Positions 39,470 through 53,064 of a DNA stretch of 64,000 nt are shown piece by piece. This DNA comes from Chiloscyllium plagiosum (lineage: Eukaryota), in contig NC_057734.1 of the NCBI RefSeq assembly GCF_004010195.1, positions 25,174,382 through 25,238,381 on the forward strand. The letters are read 5' to 3'. Every line of letters starts with the position of its first letter. The first letter of the stretch is position 1. The position numbers and the translations under genes were made by a program. The notes under the pieces were generated by a model that worked only from the letters and a program-made list of their open reading frames with translations, made no database searches and was not told the DNA's origin.

Positions 39470-40190
39470 TTCCAAATCAAAACTTTTTCTATATATTCAT
39501 TCGTGGTCATGCTTACCAATACTGTCATGATCAAATGCATTTGCAGCTGGATGAGGTCAAGTATGAGTTTCCCTCTTGCCAATTCCCTCAGCAATTGCTC
39601 CAGACCCAATCTAGTAACTATATCCTTTAGGACCCAACCAGCTTCATCGGTAGTAGAGGGATCAATGATTAGGGACATAGGTTTAAGGCAGATGGTTTAG
39701 AAGAGATTAGCGGAAAAATCCCTGATCATTGATCCCTCCATTGGAGATGGACACTGAAAATACCCAAGGAGTATATTTTGCACCCTCAGTGCTTCAAGTG
39801 TTGTTCAACATGGAGGATTACACATTCATCAGCCGAGGGAGGACAATACATGGTATCAGCAGGAGGACATTTCCTTGCCCACGTTTAACCTAAAGGCATG
39901 AGATTTCACGAGGCCAAGGGTTAACGTTGAGGATTCCCAGGGCAACCCCCTCCAGACTGTATATCACTGTGCCACCAACTTTGCTGGGTCTGTCCTGCTG
40001 TTGAGACAGGACATATCCAGGGATGGGAATGGTAGCATCTAGGACATTGTCTGTAAGATATGGCTCCGTGAGTATGACACACGCTCCCAATTTTGGCATT
40101 AACCCCAGGTATTGGTTAAGGACGAATTTGCAGGGCTGACAGGGTTGTTTGTCCCAGTGCCTGGGTCAAGCCAGGTGGCCCATCTAATTT
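39470..40190 (-). mobile_element. Old LINE AP-endonuclease fragment
   Basis: VILTEPYLTDNVLDATIPIPGYVLSQQQDRPSKVGGTVIY; TTDEAGWVLKDIVTRLGLEQLLRELARGKLILDLI. Confidence 0.6.
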
Positions 40191-40199
40191 CATTTCTTC

Positions 40200-40540
40200 A
40201 TGGAGATTTTGTAGCAATTAATACAACTGAGTGACTTGCTAGGCAATTTCAGAGGGCAACTGAGAGTTAATCGTATTGCTGTGGGTCTGGAGTCACATGT
40301 AGGCCAAGCCAGGTGAGGATAGTAGATTTCCTTCCCTGAAGGACATGAGTTAGCGAGAGGGGTTTTCCCGATAATCAACAATGATTTCATAAGTGTTCAG
40401 TAGATCCTTAATTCCAGATTTCTTTTTAAACTGAATTCAAATTCTACCATCTGCTGTGGCAGGATTTGAACCCAGGTCCCCAGAACATTAACTGAGCTTC
40501 TGGATTAATAGTCTAGTGATAATACCACTGGGCCATCATC
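40200..40540 (-). mobile_element. tRNA-derived SINE
   Basis: Minus head gatggcccagtggtattatcactagactattaatccag...ctgggttcaaatcctgcc carrying A and B boxes. Confidence 0.65.
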
Positions 40541-40940
40541 TGCCTGTAACTTTGCAGAATAGAATAAAAATTATTTTTGTTAATTATCTGTAATCTGGCT
40601 CATCTAGTGGAAGTAGTCTCTCTTAGCGAGGCTTTTAGAACCCATCAGAATTTTGAACTCTTGAACTAAATCTCCCTTGAAATTTCTTGAAGTAAAATGA
40701 ACCTAGTTTCGTTAGTCTTAGCACATGCACATCACGCAAATACGAAATGCATTAAACCTCCTTGAGAGTTGAGTTTCACAGTGAATTCAATCGATGGCAC
40801 AGGGCTCCCACTCATCACAATCAGTATTAGCTGCTCTATTCCAAGCTCCAAATGAGCACTGAGCTGTTACAGGAGCAAAGTAGCGTATTTTAAAAGGCTT
40901 TGAAATTTGAGAAAATGTTCTAAAAATTTAAATCAAATAC

Positions 40941-40979
40941 CTTCTTCCTCAACAGTTTCTCTTCCTTTCCAATTTTAAA
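40941..40979 (-). CDS. KDM2B: KDM2B 39-nt exon (FKIGKEEKLLRKK)
   Basis: Acceptor ttttgttgcag, donor gtattt, phase 0/0; resembles human LKPGKEDKLFRKK. Confidence 0.85.
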
Positions 40980-41303
40980 CTGCAACAAAAGAAGGCAGAC
41001 AGAGTCAGTGTCATGGCAGAGGTCATTTTGATCTATTATCCAAAGCAGCAAAGTCTTTTTGGTAAGAAATATGTGTTTAAGTTCTTTTTCCAAAATCTGT
41101 TTATTTCAGCTCTCAGCAATTCAGTCATTTGCTTAAATCAGAGTGAATGTCTTTCAGTTACTCAGTTTCCCTGCCAACATGGTAGGGACTTGCTCACTAA
41201 TATTTGACATGGATATTCTGCAAATGACTTCTTAATAACAGGTTTTATAATAGTGATAATTATAGATTTGATTGAATATTTTGTAAAACAGCAACTTAAA
41301 GTT

Positions 41304-41617
41304 GCGGCACGGTGGCACAGTGGTTAGCACTGCTGCCTCACAGCACCTGAGACCCGGGTTCAATTCCCGCCTCAGGCGACTGACTGTGTGGAGTTTGCAC
41401 ATTCTCCCCGTGTCTGCGTGGGTTTCCTCCGGGTGCTCCGGTTTCCTCCCACAGTCCAAAGATGTGCAGGTCAGGTGAATTGGCCATGCTAAATTGCCCG
41501 TAGTGTTAGGTAAGCGGTAAAGGTAGGGGTATGGGTGGGTTGCGCTTCGGCGGGTCGGTGTGGACTTGAAGAGCCGAAGGGCCTGTTTCCACACTGTAAG
41601 TAATCTAATCTAATCTA
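41304..41617 (+). mobile_element. Young HE1-like SINE
   Basis: Clean A-box (tggcacagtggttagc), B-box (ggttcaattcc), CpGs retained, (taatc)3 tail. Confidence 0.88.
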
Positions 41618-42691
41618 AAGATTGTAGTATAATCACTAAACATACATTGCAGATTAGGCATTTTTTTAATAAAGACAGGAAGAATGTTTCGCCATTATGG
41701 CACATATATTCCAATTGTTGGTTTGAAATTAGACTTTAAAATAGAAAAGAATTTAGAAAGTTACGCATATTATTGGAGTGTTCATCACTAAACAATTGCT
41801 CCATATTTCATCTTCCCCAATTGCTTGGCACAGCTATAAATTAATTATGAGTCATACAGAGCAGTAAATTCCAACATTTAATCTTCAACGTGGAGTTGAC
41901 TGGTGCAAAAGTCAGAAAATTATCTTTTTTTTTTCAGCATTGCTAGGTTATGGCATCAAAAATCAGAATATCGACTTCTTAGAAGAGCACAGCATGGGTA
42001 GTGAGTGAGGTCTCAGCTTTGATGCTTCCCCCACGTAGCACATTTACTTTCCTCAAATGTATACCTGGAATATGCATTAAATTGAAGCAGAATATGCAAC
42101 ATAACAAGTGAACCATATCAAAGTTTGAACAGTGGAGTACTCTACTGGAGCCTGCAGTGGAGGTTTACAGAAAAGGATAAATTGGGGTCAGAAACAGGGT
42201 TTGATGTCAGTCGTTGAAGGAAGAATGAATCCCACGGTTTATGCCACAAGATGATATGAGATTTATTTTTAATCTGAAGACGGAAGAATGTATTTACCTT
42301 TTTAGACCAATAATCATGGGCGTAATGTAGACTGTATCTGCATATGCATTGTGATTATTAACTGTTTTCTTTGTTATGCTGATGAGCAGGGATGGTAGAG
42401 AGGGGCAATGAATGGGGGAAGCTAAAATTCATCACTACTGATCATAATGAACCAGAAATTACTCCACTATTCACTGAAAAGCTTCTCACAAATTTTGAAA
42501 GTAATAAATATTATTTGAAATAGTTCTGAATTTTTCTTATAATGTAAACCCTATTTTTTAAAAAACCATATACAATATTAAATCTATGCTCAAGCCTATT
42601 AGGATTATTTAATAATGGCATATTTAATTTTTTTAAAATCCTTTGTAAATGAATCTGCACTAATCAGTTGTATAACTTTTATTTGTTGCAC

Positions 42692-42955
42692 CTTTTTTTT
42701 GGCAATTGGCTCAGAATTTCTATCAGTAATTCTCCGCTTCCGCATCACAAGCCCATCCTCAGATTTCCTTCTTGGAACAGATTCTTCAGGTCGTTTCTTG
42801 GGATGTTCCTCTGACCTCCGTTTGGAATTTTCCTCTCTGTCTCCCTTTTTCTTTGTTGTTTCTGCAGAGTCCTTGTGTTCTCTGTTCTGCCTCTGCTCCT
42901 TCAATAGTGAACCCGGGAGGTTGGAGGCATACTTAAACCCTGGCCCTCTTTTCTG
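42692..42955 (-). CDS. KDM2B: KDM2B exon (post-PHD basic region)
   Basis: [21 protein letters not shown]...EPIAKKK; 264 nt, phase 0/0. The acceptor is the tandem AAG|CAG and the donor gtgcaa is weak. Confidence 0.88.
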
Positions 42956-43705
42956 CTTATAGACCAGAAGAAGAAAAAACACAAATACAACTTTATATCT
43001 CATGTCTTAGGGCTTCATTGTAATGTTTATGCTTAATACCTTGCTCTGCTCATCACACTTCATACAAGTAGAAATTAATAGGAGTTAAAATGATTTTTTT
43101 AAAACTATTATATGTTATATATCTTGAGTATCTGCATATACATATAAGTGCAGATTCTTCATAGAATGTATACATTTCAAAAGTGAGTCTCGATCTGAAG
43201 GAGAAGGTAAACACCAGAAGTTGTAACTTATGTTGGAAAGGAAGGACGGACACAGGAAGGAAAAAATTGGAGGTCCTGAAGCCTGAGAAAAGGTAGAACA
43301 GCAGGACATCTGGATCATACCCAATGTCACATGGTAGATAATAAAGGAGCAGTTAGAGAAGGTAGGTTAATGTATAGCTAGAAAAATGGAATGGGGAGGG
43401 GTATTCAGAGTCCCAAGACTTGGAGACTTGTTTTGAGGAAGGAGGAATCAATACAAGGTTGACAAGTTGTAACGAGACCTGAAGAAGGGGAGATCAGTAC
43501 AAATTGAATATGTTGTAACAACATTAGAGCATGGTCAGGGACAGATTAACTTCCTGTGGCCTAGTGACAGGCACAAGAGTGAAGACTCAGAGGTGAGTTT
43601 GGCAGCAGGAATTTCAGAAATTGGATCCTTGGAAGCTGAAGACACAGAGCCACCAGTGGCAGAATAAATTCATGATGGGAAGAGGTTGCAATTAAATGTG
43701 CACAG

Positions 43706-43780
43706 AGATTAGATTAGATTAGATTAGGTTAGATTAGATTAGAGTGTGGAAACAGGCCCTTCGGCCCAACAAGCCCACAC
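43706..43780 (-). repeat. (AGATT)n microsatellite with a short CR1/HE1-type 3' tail
   Basis: About 7 agatt units, then agagtgtggaaacaggcccttcggcccaac. Confidence 0.7.
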
Positions 43781-43789
43781 GGGTTGTAG

Positions 43790-44800
43790 GCTATAAACGA
43801 TTACTTAACTGCAACAGGATGAGACCATGAAAGGATGTGAAATCAAGGAGGAAACATTTTACAATTGAAGCATTCCTGGACTGGGGTGCTAAATGAGGAC
43901 AGATAGCTTGGGAAACTTGGTTGGTATGGACAAGTTGGACTCCATGAAGGGGAGCCACTAGGCGTAATGTCTTTGGATATCCAAAGGATGTGCCATGAGG
44001 CACCACACATAATGTTCCTTAATAACAGCTCATGGTGCTGGGGTAGCATATTAGCATAGATAAACAATTAGCTAAGTGAAGATAGAGAGTTGGGATATGG
44101 GGTCATTCTCAGAATAGCAACCTGTAACTAGTGGACTGCTGTAAGGATCAGTGCTAGGGCCCGCAATTATCTACAGTATATATTGTATTGAATGAAGAAA
44201 GTGAATACAAGTTTGCAAATGACACAAAATAGATGGGAAGGCAAGTGACCAGGATGACAATCTACAGAGAGATAAAGAAAAGTTAATTGGGCAAAAAACT
44301 TGGCAGATGGAATATTACGTGAAATGTGAGGTTACATACTTTGGCAGGATGAATAGAGGAGCCAAATGTTATTACATGAAGAAACACTATAGAAAACTGC
44401 AGCAGAGAGTTTGGGAGTCCTAGTGCACGAATCACAAAAAGCAAACATCTCAGCTTAGAGGGTAAACAGCAGACAAATGGAACATTGGTTTCTATTTTAA
44501 AGAAAATGGAGTATAAAAATAGTGAAGTATTGCTAGAATTATACAAGATACTAGTTACACCATAGCTAAAATGCTGTGAAGGGCTTTGGCCCACTTATTG
44601 CAGAATGATATACTGCTAATGATGTGGCAGTCTAACGAAGGTTCATTAAATTGACCCTGGGCATAGAAGGATTTTCTTATGAGGAGGGCAATGGGATACA
44701 GTGGAAGGTGGGGCTGACTGGATTACTTTACAGACAGCTGGCATAGACTCGGCACACCAAACGGTCTCCTCCCATGTCGCAATGATGTACATAATTGTAC
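43790..44800 (+). mobile_element. Decayed CR1 LINE
   Basis: aagtttgcaaatgacacaaaa (KFANDTK), tggcagatggaatat and related CR1 RT remnants. Confidence 0.6.
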
Positions 44801-45508
44801 AATCAGACATCTTGTTTGCCTTTTCATAATTCAAATTTGTTCTTTCATTTAGTGGCACAATGAATGTAGGAATACTATCTATTGTGCTTTGTGCAAAAAA
44901 AAATCAGTATTGAATGATAATTCACATATTAATGCATTTCATTGTAAGTTTCTATTTTACAAAACTAAAGAGAGGTGTATATGCAATAATCATTCTGAGA
45001 TCCTAATCAGGAATCAGCTAAAAATGCATGATTAGATCAAATGACAGATCATTCACTCTGTTTGGACTACAGTAATGACAGATTTTGTCGTTACAAAATG
45101 CAAATTTTCCAGTTCTGATAACTGCATAATAAAATGATGCCAATGTGAGCATGTCCAACAAGTTGTAATTGTTCTGGTTTTAACCTTCCACAGCTTCTCT
45201 ATTTTATTTTTAGAGCTGACTAGTTTTGTTGGGAGTGTCCACCATATCTCATTGATTCACTTTAGATTGTGGACTATTTGCTCAATGCTATGGTACACAT
45301 TGATATAATGGATGGAAATGACAGAACAGCTGAAATGCATTTAAATATATTTCTAATTACAGTGATTAAGGCCTTTTACAACATTGTGTGGAAAATGGAC
45401 TGGATTGAAATTGAAAAGCCGAATCAATTTTTGCCAACCTCACTGTGTTTTCTCAATGGCAGAGCCAAGGTTAGCATTACATGGTTCTTCTGGATCTTTT
45501 GGCAGATA

Positions 45509-45709
45509 CAGGTGGCTCATCTATAACAGGATGGTTGCGTTCTTGTGTAACGCCTCATTATAGAAAAATCGCACTTTAGAAACAACGCTTAAAGTGTTGA
45601 CAATGTAATGGAGTTACAACCAACACACATTTTAAATGCTTGTGCTGTAGAAAGTGTCCCCAATCCGTCAATCGTGTTAATGCAACGCACATTATAGCAG
45701 AACAACCTG
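45509..45709. mobile_element. Tigger-like MITE, copy 1
   Basis: TA|CAGGTGGCTCATCTATAAC ... ATTATAGCAGAACAACCTG|TA; homologous to 49198-49382. Confidence 0.75.
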
Positions 45710-47858
45710 TATCACCATGAATGATTTTTTGTTCCACGAAACCCAACTCCATATCATAGCGATCCAAATCAGAAAACTATTGTCAGTCTCCTACTTGAGA
45801 ATTATGATGGTCAGGACTGAAGGAAATGCAATACAAAACATTGTTATTAGGGAACAATGTTTTTAGATCACATCATTAGACAATTAAACAGGCTGTGCTG
45901 ATTTATTATTCACTTTCATATTCTGGGCACATCGTCTTTGAAGTCCAGACTACAACCTCTTCAAACACTTTTTTTCCTCGACTTGCAACAAAGTTCACAA
46001 ATTCAATAACTGGGGCTCTTTTGCTCCATATAAATGGTAACACACTCTTATAGTCTCTGGGCTGGACTTGGGAGTACCAAATGCATGCTGCATTGTATAA
46101 CAACTACTGTATTTGCCAAAATGTAAATACATCTGCCGCTTTCCAAAAAGACTGAACAATTAGGTATGAGAGCAATGATTTGTGGGGAAATTACATTAAT
46201 GAATTCAGCTTCAGTTTTCAGCTTATTAAAACTAATTATAATTATCCTACTTCTTCCAGTTAGTCAGTTTCCAATGTGAACAATCCCCTATTTATGACCC
46301 CACAATGACATTATCACTATGCAAGGAAGAATTTCAAAATGCCCTTCTAAAACTAAAGTCAAGGACACTGATGGTAAATTTTGAAAAAGCAGGCAGAAAT
46401 GCAGAATGCAATCCAAAAGCATCAATGAAAGCCCACACAATAAGAATGGGACTTGATTTATTTGGTTATTGCAAAATGATAGCCCTACTTAAGAAAAATA
46501 GCAATCCCTTTTGCATTTTGTAACTAGAACAACTGTTTGTTCATTTTCACCGAAAAATTGGTAGAACATGATATGCAAACCCCAAAATCCCTGACATTGT
46601 GCAATAAAAACAGATGATTGATCGAATTATTCAAGGGATTATTAATTGGTTCTTCGCTGTTCCCTACTGATACCTCAAAAACTAAGTAACTCAGTAATCT
46701 CCTGAAAACACAGCCAATTAATAAAAATATATTCCTGTTGCAAATCTACCCTTATTAAAAATACTTCTTAAAAAACGTCATTTGGCACAAACTATCCCAG
46801 AAAGAAAGGAAGTCTACGTATTCACACAATCCTCAGGCAATCAACTTGTTGGATTTATTTCATTGTGTATTTTGTGGCCAAAATAATGCATTGCTTTAGC
46901 TTCAATATATGTACAAATTCCATTCTGTTTGCTAAGCTAGTTACTGTCAACTAGTGACTGACACAGCAAGTATTCACAGAATGCATGAGTTAGACACACA
47001 TGATTAAGAACAATAAGGTGCCAAAGAACACACACAATTTAGCTGAAACAGAATCAGAGTCCAGATCTTTAGCTCACTCCAAAACAAACAGCAGTGAATT
47101 TCACACACACAGGCTGTCCTGTAAACAGATTTATTCATCACCTTTGTTTCTGAGGCATTTTACCCTGTGGCCAGACCAAGCTGGGCAACCGACTCCTGAA
47201 CCCAAGGGAACTCGGTCATGCACCACATTCCATAATGCATTATGACACCAGCATACAGTCACCATCATGTACCAAATATTGCAGAAAAATAAGTGTCAAA
47301 TTTAAATATTAACAATCTATGAGCGTACATAAATGAAATAAAGTTATTTGCTAAAGCATTTAAATAAAATTTGAAAACTTGGTTGAATCATATCATGTAA
47401 AATTTGATGTAGGATTCCCTCAGAAAAAGCTATAAAACTTGATGGGGATCAGTTGTTTCATGCTAATGTTGATTGAAATTTCTGTCAGTTATCTGCTAAG
47501 ATATAAAGAACTGTTAATTTGTAAAAAAAATGAAACCGTTCAAAATATATTTCCCTACGTGAAGGGTGCTTCCCTCAAATGCTCTTTTGTAAACATAACC
47601 ACGTGCTATTGCAGCTTATCAAGAAACAATCTAAGCTACAGTTTGAATAATTAGTCTGGTCGAGTTAGGCTTCTTGTTAAGCCACTGATCAGTCTTCCAT
47701 TATTCCATTTAAGGCAGTGGGAAGGAATCAGCCTTAGTTCCAAATCCTCGTCATTATCAAGTGACAGCTGCTGAAAGTAAATGAGGATCTGGCTACAATA
47801 ATCCACTCACTAAATTACAGTCATAACAGGCCGGGCAGAAAACTCTAATTAAACTTAC

Positions 47859-47945
47859 TTTCCCTGTCTTTCCCTCATGGTTACACTTTGGACATTCCCA
47901 GCAGTTTGGAAGCTCTTCGTTGACAACTCCATCACCATCCTGTAC
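47859..47945 (-). CDS. KDM2B: KDM2B exon (PHD finger, C-terminal half)
   Basis: [29 protein letters not shown]; acceptor tactag, donor gtaagt; 87 nt. Confidence 0.95.
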
Positions 47946-48652
47946 CTAGTAACAAGTGCAGGAAGTTCACGTCATTAATAAAAGTCAATTGTGATAATTG
48001 CTAATTCTTCAGCAGCACAGATGAACAAAATAATATTTCTTACTAAAAATACAATTAACAATTGATAAGGAGTTTTGTACATTGATATTATATGAAGATC
48101 ATGTTAATCGGATTGCTTTTTTCCAGAACTTTTCAAGGTTTTGGAATGGGAAGAAACAAAAAAAAAAGATGGAAAACAATTAGCAAAATCTTTATAAACA
48201 AGAGCACTGTAAATAAAATATTTCTGATTATAGCACATATTTCAAATCATGAACTACAGTCATCAGCCATATTGTTTTGCACTATTGGCACATATGGAAT
48301 GTGTCCCTTATTTCAAACAAGGCAGGGTAAACAGTATAAAGGTGTAGATTTCCTCTAACTTTAAATCACGGCAAATTTTCAGCAGTAACAACATGTGCTC
48401 AATCCAGCTCTTTATAGTCAAAAATATTGTGTTGGAAGTCAGGTTTAAGCTACAGCACTGCACTCATTCAGATTGGTAGAGTGCACTAATTTCACAGTCG
48501 CAATATTTCTGAAATGTTTACTGTTCGAGGCATAGAAGACAAGTGTTTCCATCTCACATGGTGCACATAAATCTTGCTGGAGAGCCTCTTACTTCACAGC
48601 TTTTTAATAATCAACTTTGAATTAATTACTTCAGTAGGTGTGGGGGAAGGAG

Positions 48653-48775
48653 AGAAAGTGAGGACTGCAGATGCTGGAGAGTCAGAGTCGAAAGGTGTAG
48701 CGCTGGCAAAGTGCAGCAGGTCAGGTAGCATCTGAGGAGCAGGAGAGTTGATGCTGGGCATAAGCCCTTCATCGG
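48653..48775 (-). mobile_element. Solo PLE pLTR, degenerate hammerhead
   Basis: Minus gatgaagggcttatgcccagcatc...ctgcagtcctcactttct. Probable TSD ggggga(a/c)ggag at 48642-52 and 48776-86. Confidence 0.7.
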
Positions 48776-49197
48776 GGGGGACGGAGTCAGTATCATAAAG
48801 TCCAGATCACTCTTATCGATTCCAGAAAATTACTTATACAGCCAAATGTTGCTGTCACACAGAAAGTTACAGGATTTTGACTGAGTAACAATCAAGTTCA
48901 CTGGGAAATGTGAAACATTTATAGCTGAAATGTACTTTAAAGGTGTGCTCAGAAATACAATGGTGACCAGAACTGAGACGTCAAGCAAATTTTAATTAAT
49001 TGCCTCTATTTTCATGTTAAGTGGCTTAGTGGAGACTGGTTAATCTGCTACCACTCAGCTGCACTACTGAATTGTGGACATAAACTGATAACTCCAAGTT
49101 TTACTGAAAGGTGAAAAATATTTTGTCACTTTTACAAAACAATAAAGCTATAACTTTAAATAATTTCATAATATGAATGTTTAAGTAATTACAAATA

Positions 49198-49382
49198 CAG
49201 GTAGTTCTTCTATAATGCAATTCTTGTTTGTGTGCAACCCCGTATTATAGAAAAACAGCGCTTTAGAAACTGCGCTTAAAGCGCTGGCGATATAATCGAA
49301 TTACAGCCAACTCATACTTTTAAAAGTTTGTGCTTTAGAAAGTGTCCTAAATTTGTCAATTGTGTTATAGCAGAAGCACCTG
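49198..49382. mobile_element. Tigger-like MITE, copy 2
   Basis: TA|CAGGTAGTTCTTCTATAAT ... GTTATAGCAGAAGCACCTG|TA. Confidence 0.75.
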
Positions 49383-49827
49383 TAAGTATAAATCATGATA
49401 GAACAGTGTTTTAGGTTTAATCTTGCAGTTCTCACACTGCTTCACAGTATCCCTGGAGTCTAACAAAATATATTGATAAAGATAAGGTTTAAGAAAAACC
49501 CAAGACAATGGACATTGGGATAAATGTCTACATTAAATGTGCTATATCAAGGTAAGTAGCTGTTATAAGGTTTTATCACAAACTAATTACTAACAAAACA
49601 CCCACTTTAGTGACAATACACTAAGGAGATTTATTTATATTTATACATCTATGGACTTCTATTTCACACTGATGACAATACGCACTTTTTATGACACTTT
49701 CCTCCAATTTTCCTTTAGAACTATTTGATGACCTGCTGGAAATCAGCTTAAATATTAAAAAAAGTATTCCAGCAATGGTCAGTACTTTTAAAAAATGAAG
49801 GGAAAGAATTACCTTTAACTGCTTTAC

Positions 49828-49971
49828 CTTTAAGCAGCCAGGATGCACAATTTCATTACAAATTGAGCATTCCATCAGCATAAAATTGAACTTTTCCTCC
49901 TCTTCTTCCACAGTGTCCTCCTTTCCTGCTTCTCCACAAATGAGACAGACTGCTGTATGTGGCAGGACCGG
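49828..49971 (-). CDS. KDM2B: KDM2B exon (PHD finger, N-terminal half)
   Basis: [48 protein letters not shown]; acceptor ccatag, donor gtaaag; 144 nt. Confidence 0.95.
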
Positions 49972-52941
49972 CTATGGAGAAAACAGACACCATAAAACTG
50001 CCATCTATGATACTTCAACATGCCATCATAACCCACAGCAGTTATTCCTAGTCCATATTAGCATTATCTTTGTAGAACTGTATTTAACTATTCCAGTTAT
50101 TTGTCCGAATACACGACTGTGGTTTGAATCACTTTTGCATACTGCCTTAAATTTTGAATCTGTGGCCATTCCAAAGTCATTCTGAGAAAAAAATCTCCCT
50201 CACCTAATTTCATTTCTTCCAGTGTATTGCTTTTTTTTTTCAATTTACAAAACACTATATGTCTCAGTATTTAATGTATTTGCTCTTGAATAATAAACAT
50301 AGATATTCCAACAAAACCTCATTTACACCACTCAAAGTTCTCCTTCTTCTTAGTGCACTCAGTTCCAAATAGGATTAAGTTGAGTGGTCCATAAAATGCC
50401 AATCCAGTGTCGCAGCTTATAGAGCTATCAATGCTATCCCACTATTCTATCAAGCCTGTATTTGCCAACTTCCATTACTTCCTGCTTGCCAACACATTGT
50501 AAATAAGAGATTTGAATTCAAACATGTCCACAACTCTATGCCATCTTACACCTACAACTTCATTCAGATCTTTGTTATCATATACCTTCTACATTTCTAG
50601 CTCTGCATTAACCATTACTTTCATTTGTTTATCAATTGCAGTCTTCAGTCCTCCACTTCATCAATTATCTGTCTACAAAAAGCAATTCAAAACCTGTTTG
50701 ACTAACACAGCTCACTTCTATTAGTTCTACCCTTACTGCATTTACTTGTCATTTCACTTTTTCTGCAATCAAGATATTTTATCAATAAAGATATTTTATA
50801 AACGTGTAATTCTAAAATAAAAAGAGCAGGAGGTTGCTCTCTGAAACAACAGTAAAGCAAGAGCAATACAAAATCGCCTGTACTCCATAATATTCCTTTA
50901 GCACCAGGTAATATGGAAATCCATGAGCGCTTGGTGATGCAATATCTTACCTTAGCTATCACTTTGGTTTCAATACAAGCAACATTAATTTTCCTAAGAC
51001 TATGTTAACTCAATGCTCTGACACTGGATTACATAGAATGTATAGCACAGAAACAGGACTGTGCAGAATATTTAGAAAAAGGCCATGTATTTCAGTCAAT
51101 CTTCATTGGGGTTTATTTTCCATTTGAGTCTCCCTCAGTTCTTTCTTCATCTATCATCCTAACCCTCTATTCCCTTCCTCTCATGTTTATTTAATTGCAT
51201 CTTAAATGCAGCTACATGACTTGCTTCAATCGCTCTCTATTACAACAAGCAATAAAGTTTTGGCAGGATTATTCTGCAAGTTTCTCAATGTACAGCATAC
51301 CCAAGACCGGTTAAAGCAAATACTTTTTAGTTAGACAATTGAAACTGCTTCAAACATCAAATAACAGAACTAACCCCAACTTTGTACTTTTGTTTAGTTA
51401 TTGAATTAAATGGTGCCAGCAATGTTTAAGGTAATTGTGAATCTGATTTAATATTTTCTTCAAGGGAACATGACAGTATAGTAGGTCAGGAAGAAACATC
51501 AATTCTACTTATCCTACTTAACCACAAATTTCTATTTAGCAAACACTGTAGATTAACCAAGTTAAACAATTAGAAGTTAACAGGATGGACAGATTTTCTG
51601 GCTGTTGTTTCCATGCAGTGTAAATACATGATAGCATAAAAAATACAAATTAGAATAAGCACATAAAAATATAGGCTTTAGTTCAAGGGTGGAATCAAAG
51701 AACAGCTACCTTTGCAGTTGCCAAGACTGCACATGGCCAGCCTCATGCAATTTCCTGAGGCTCATTTAATTGCAGATTCGTACAAGTTCTCAGCCTGCAT
51801 TGAGCCTACTTACTAGAGCTCAGAGGGTCAAGACATTATTATTGGGGAGTAGTTGCTTTTGTGTACATTTACTTCCATTCAATTTAGTTCAAAATGCATA
51901 GTCGGAGACCATCGAGGCATCGAAGAAAGATCAAATCACACATTATAGTTTCAACAAAGAATCATACAGCACACAGATAGTCATTTGCTCCACGGTGCTT
52001 GAGCTGACTCGTTGTAAGAGCTATATGCTTAGTCATATTCTCCTTTTTTCTCCCCAATACCCAGCAAATAGTTCTCACTAATCTGGATTACACAATCATT
52101 ACAATTCAGCAAATCTGTCAATGGATCTGCTACAACGAATGCCCAAAACAGTCCAAAGATGTATTTCAAACATTTGATCAGTTTTTTTTAAAAGAATACA
52201 TTCAAGGGATGTGTGCTTCACTGGTTGACAAGCATTTATTGTCCATCCCTAATTGCCCTTAACAAGGCGCTGGTGAGCTGCCTTCTTGAACTCCTGCAGG
52301 CCATTGGTAAAAGGCAACCTTTACTGCCGATAGAGGGGGAATTCTACAATCATGAATCAGCATTACAAATAAATACGTTTAGTACAGATTGATTCAGTTT
52401 CTGAGGAGTGCTGCACATTGCGTAACCATCAGCGACATCACTACTTTGACCTTATGAGGAAGTTAAGGTCATTGATGAAGATGGTTAGGCCTAGGACACT
52501 GGCTTAAGGAACTCCTGCCAAGATGAGGCTGAACTGACTGATCTGCAGTAACCACAGCCATCTTCCTTTGCGCAAGATACGATTCCAGCTAGCAGAAAAT
52601 TTCCCCCAATTTCCACCGACTCTCAAACTTTCAAAATATACAATCTTATAAACCTTGGAGATGTAAGACTGCTTTTGAAAAGTGTCTGAAATTTATGATA
52701 AATTAAAGGAGCTCATGTGACGTGCTCTGAATTTTGCCAATAATCTGATTTCAGTGCCTTGACTGTCGAGAGATGGTTTTATAGTTTTAGTGGGAAGAAG
52801 GTGCAAGATGAATATAGTTTTAAATTCTTAGGCAAGTGTTGAAAATGCTGTTGTAAAGAGTTGTGTTTTGAATTTTAAAGATAACAGAGCATTACGGTCT
52901 CAATGTTTTACCCTTGATACAAGGTCCATGTAATTCACATT

Positions 52942-53064
52942 CCTCATGAAGGATTTATGCCTGAAACATCAACGCTCCTGCTCCTTGGATGCTTCCTGAT
53001 CTGCTCTGCTTTTCCAGTACCTCACCTTTGACTCTGATCTCCAGCATCTGCAGTCCTCACTTTC
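52942..53064 (+). mobile_element. Solo PLE pLTR with 17-bp TSD, mutated hammerhead
   Basis: TSD tccatg(t/c)aattcacatt at 52925-41 and 53065-81; the core reads CTCATGA...GAAACATC. Confidence 0.75.

Noticed and set aside
41304-41380. Possible tRNA gene
   Set aside because: A/B boxes run directly into the SINE body and (taatc)n tail, with no full cloverleaf.
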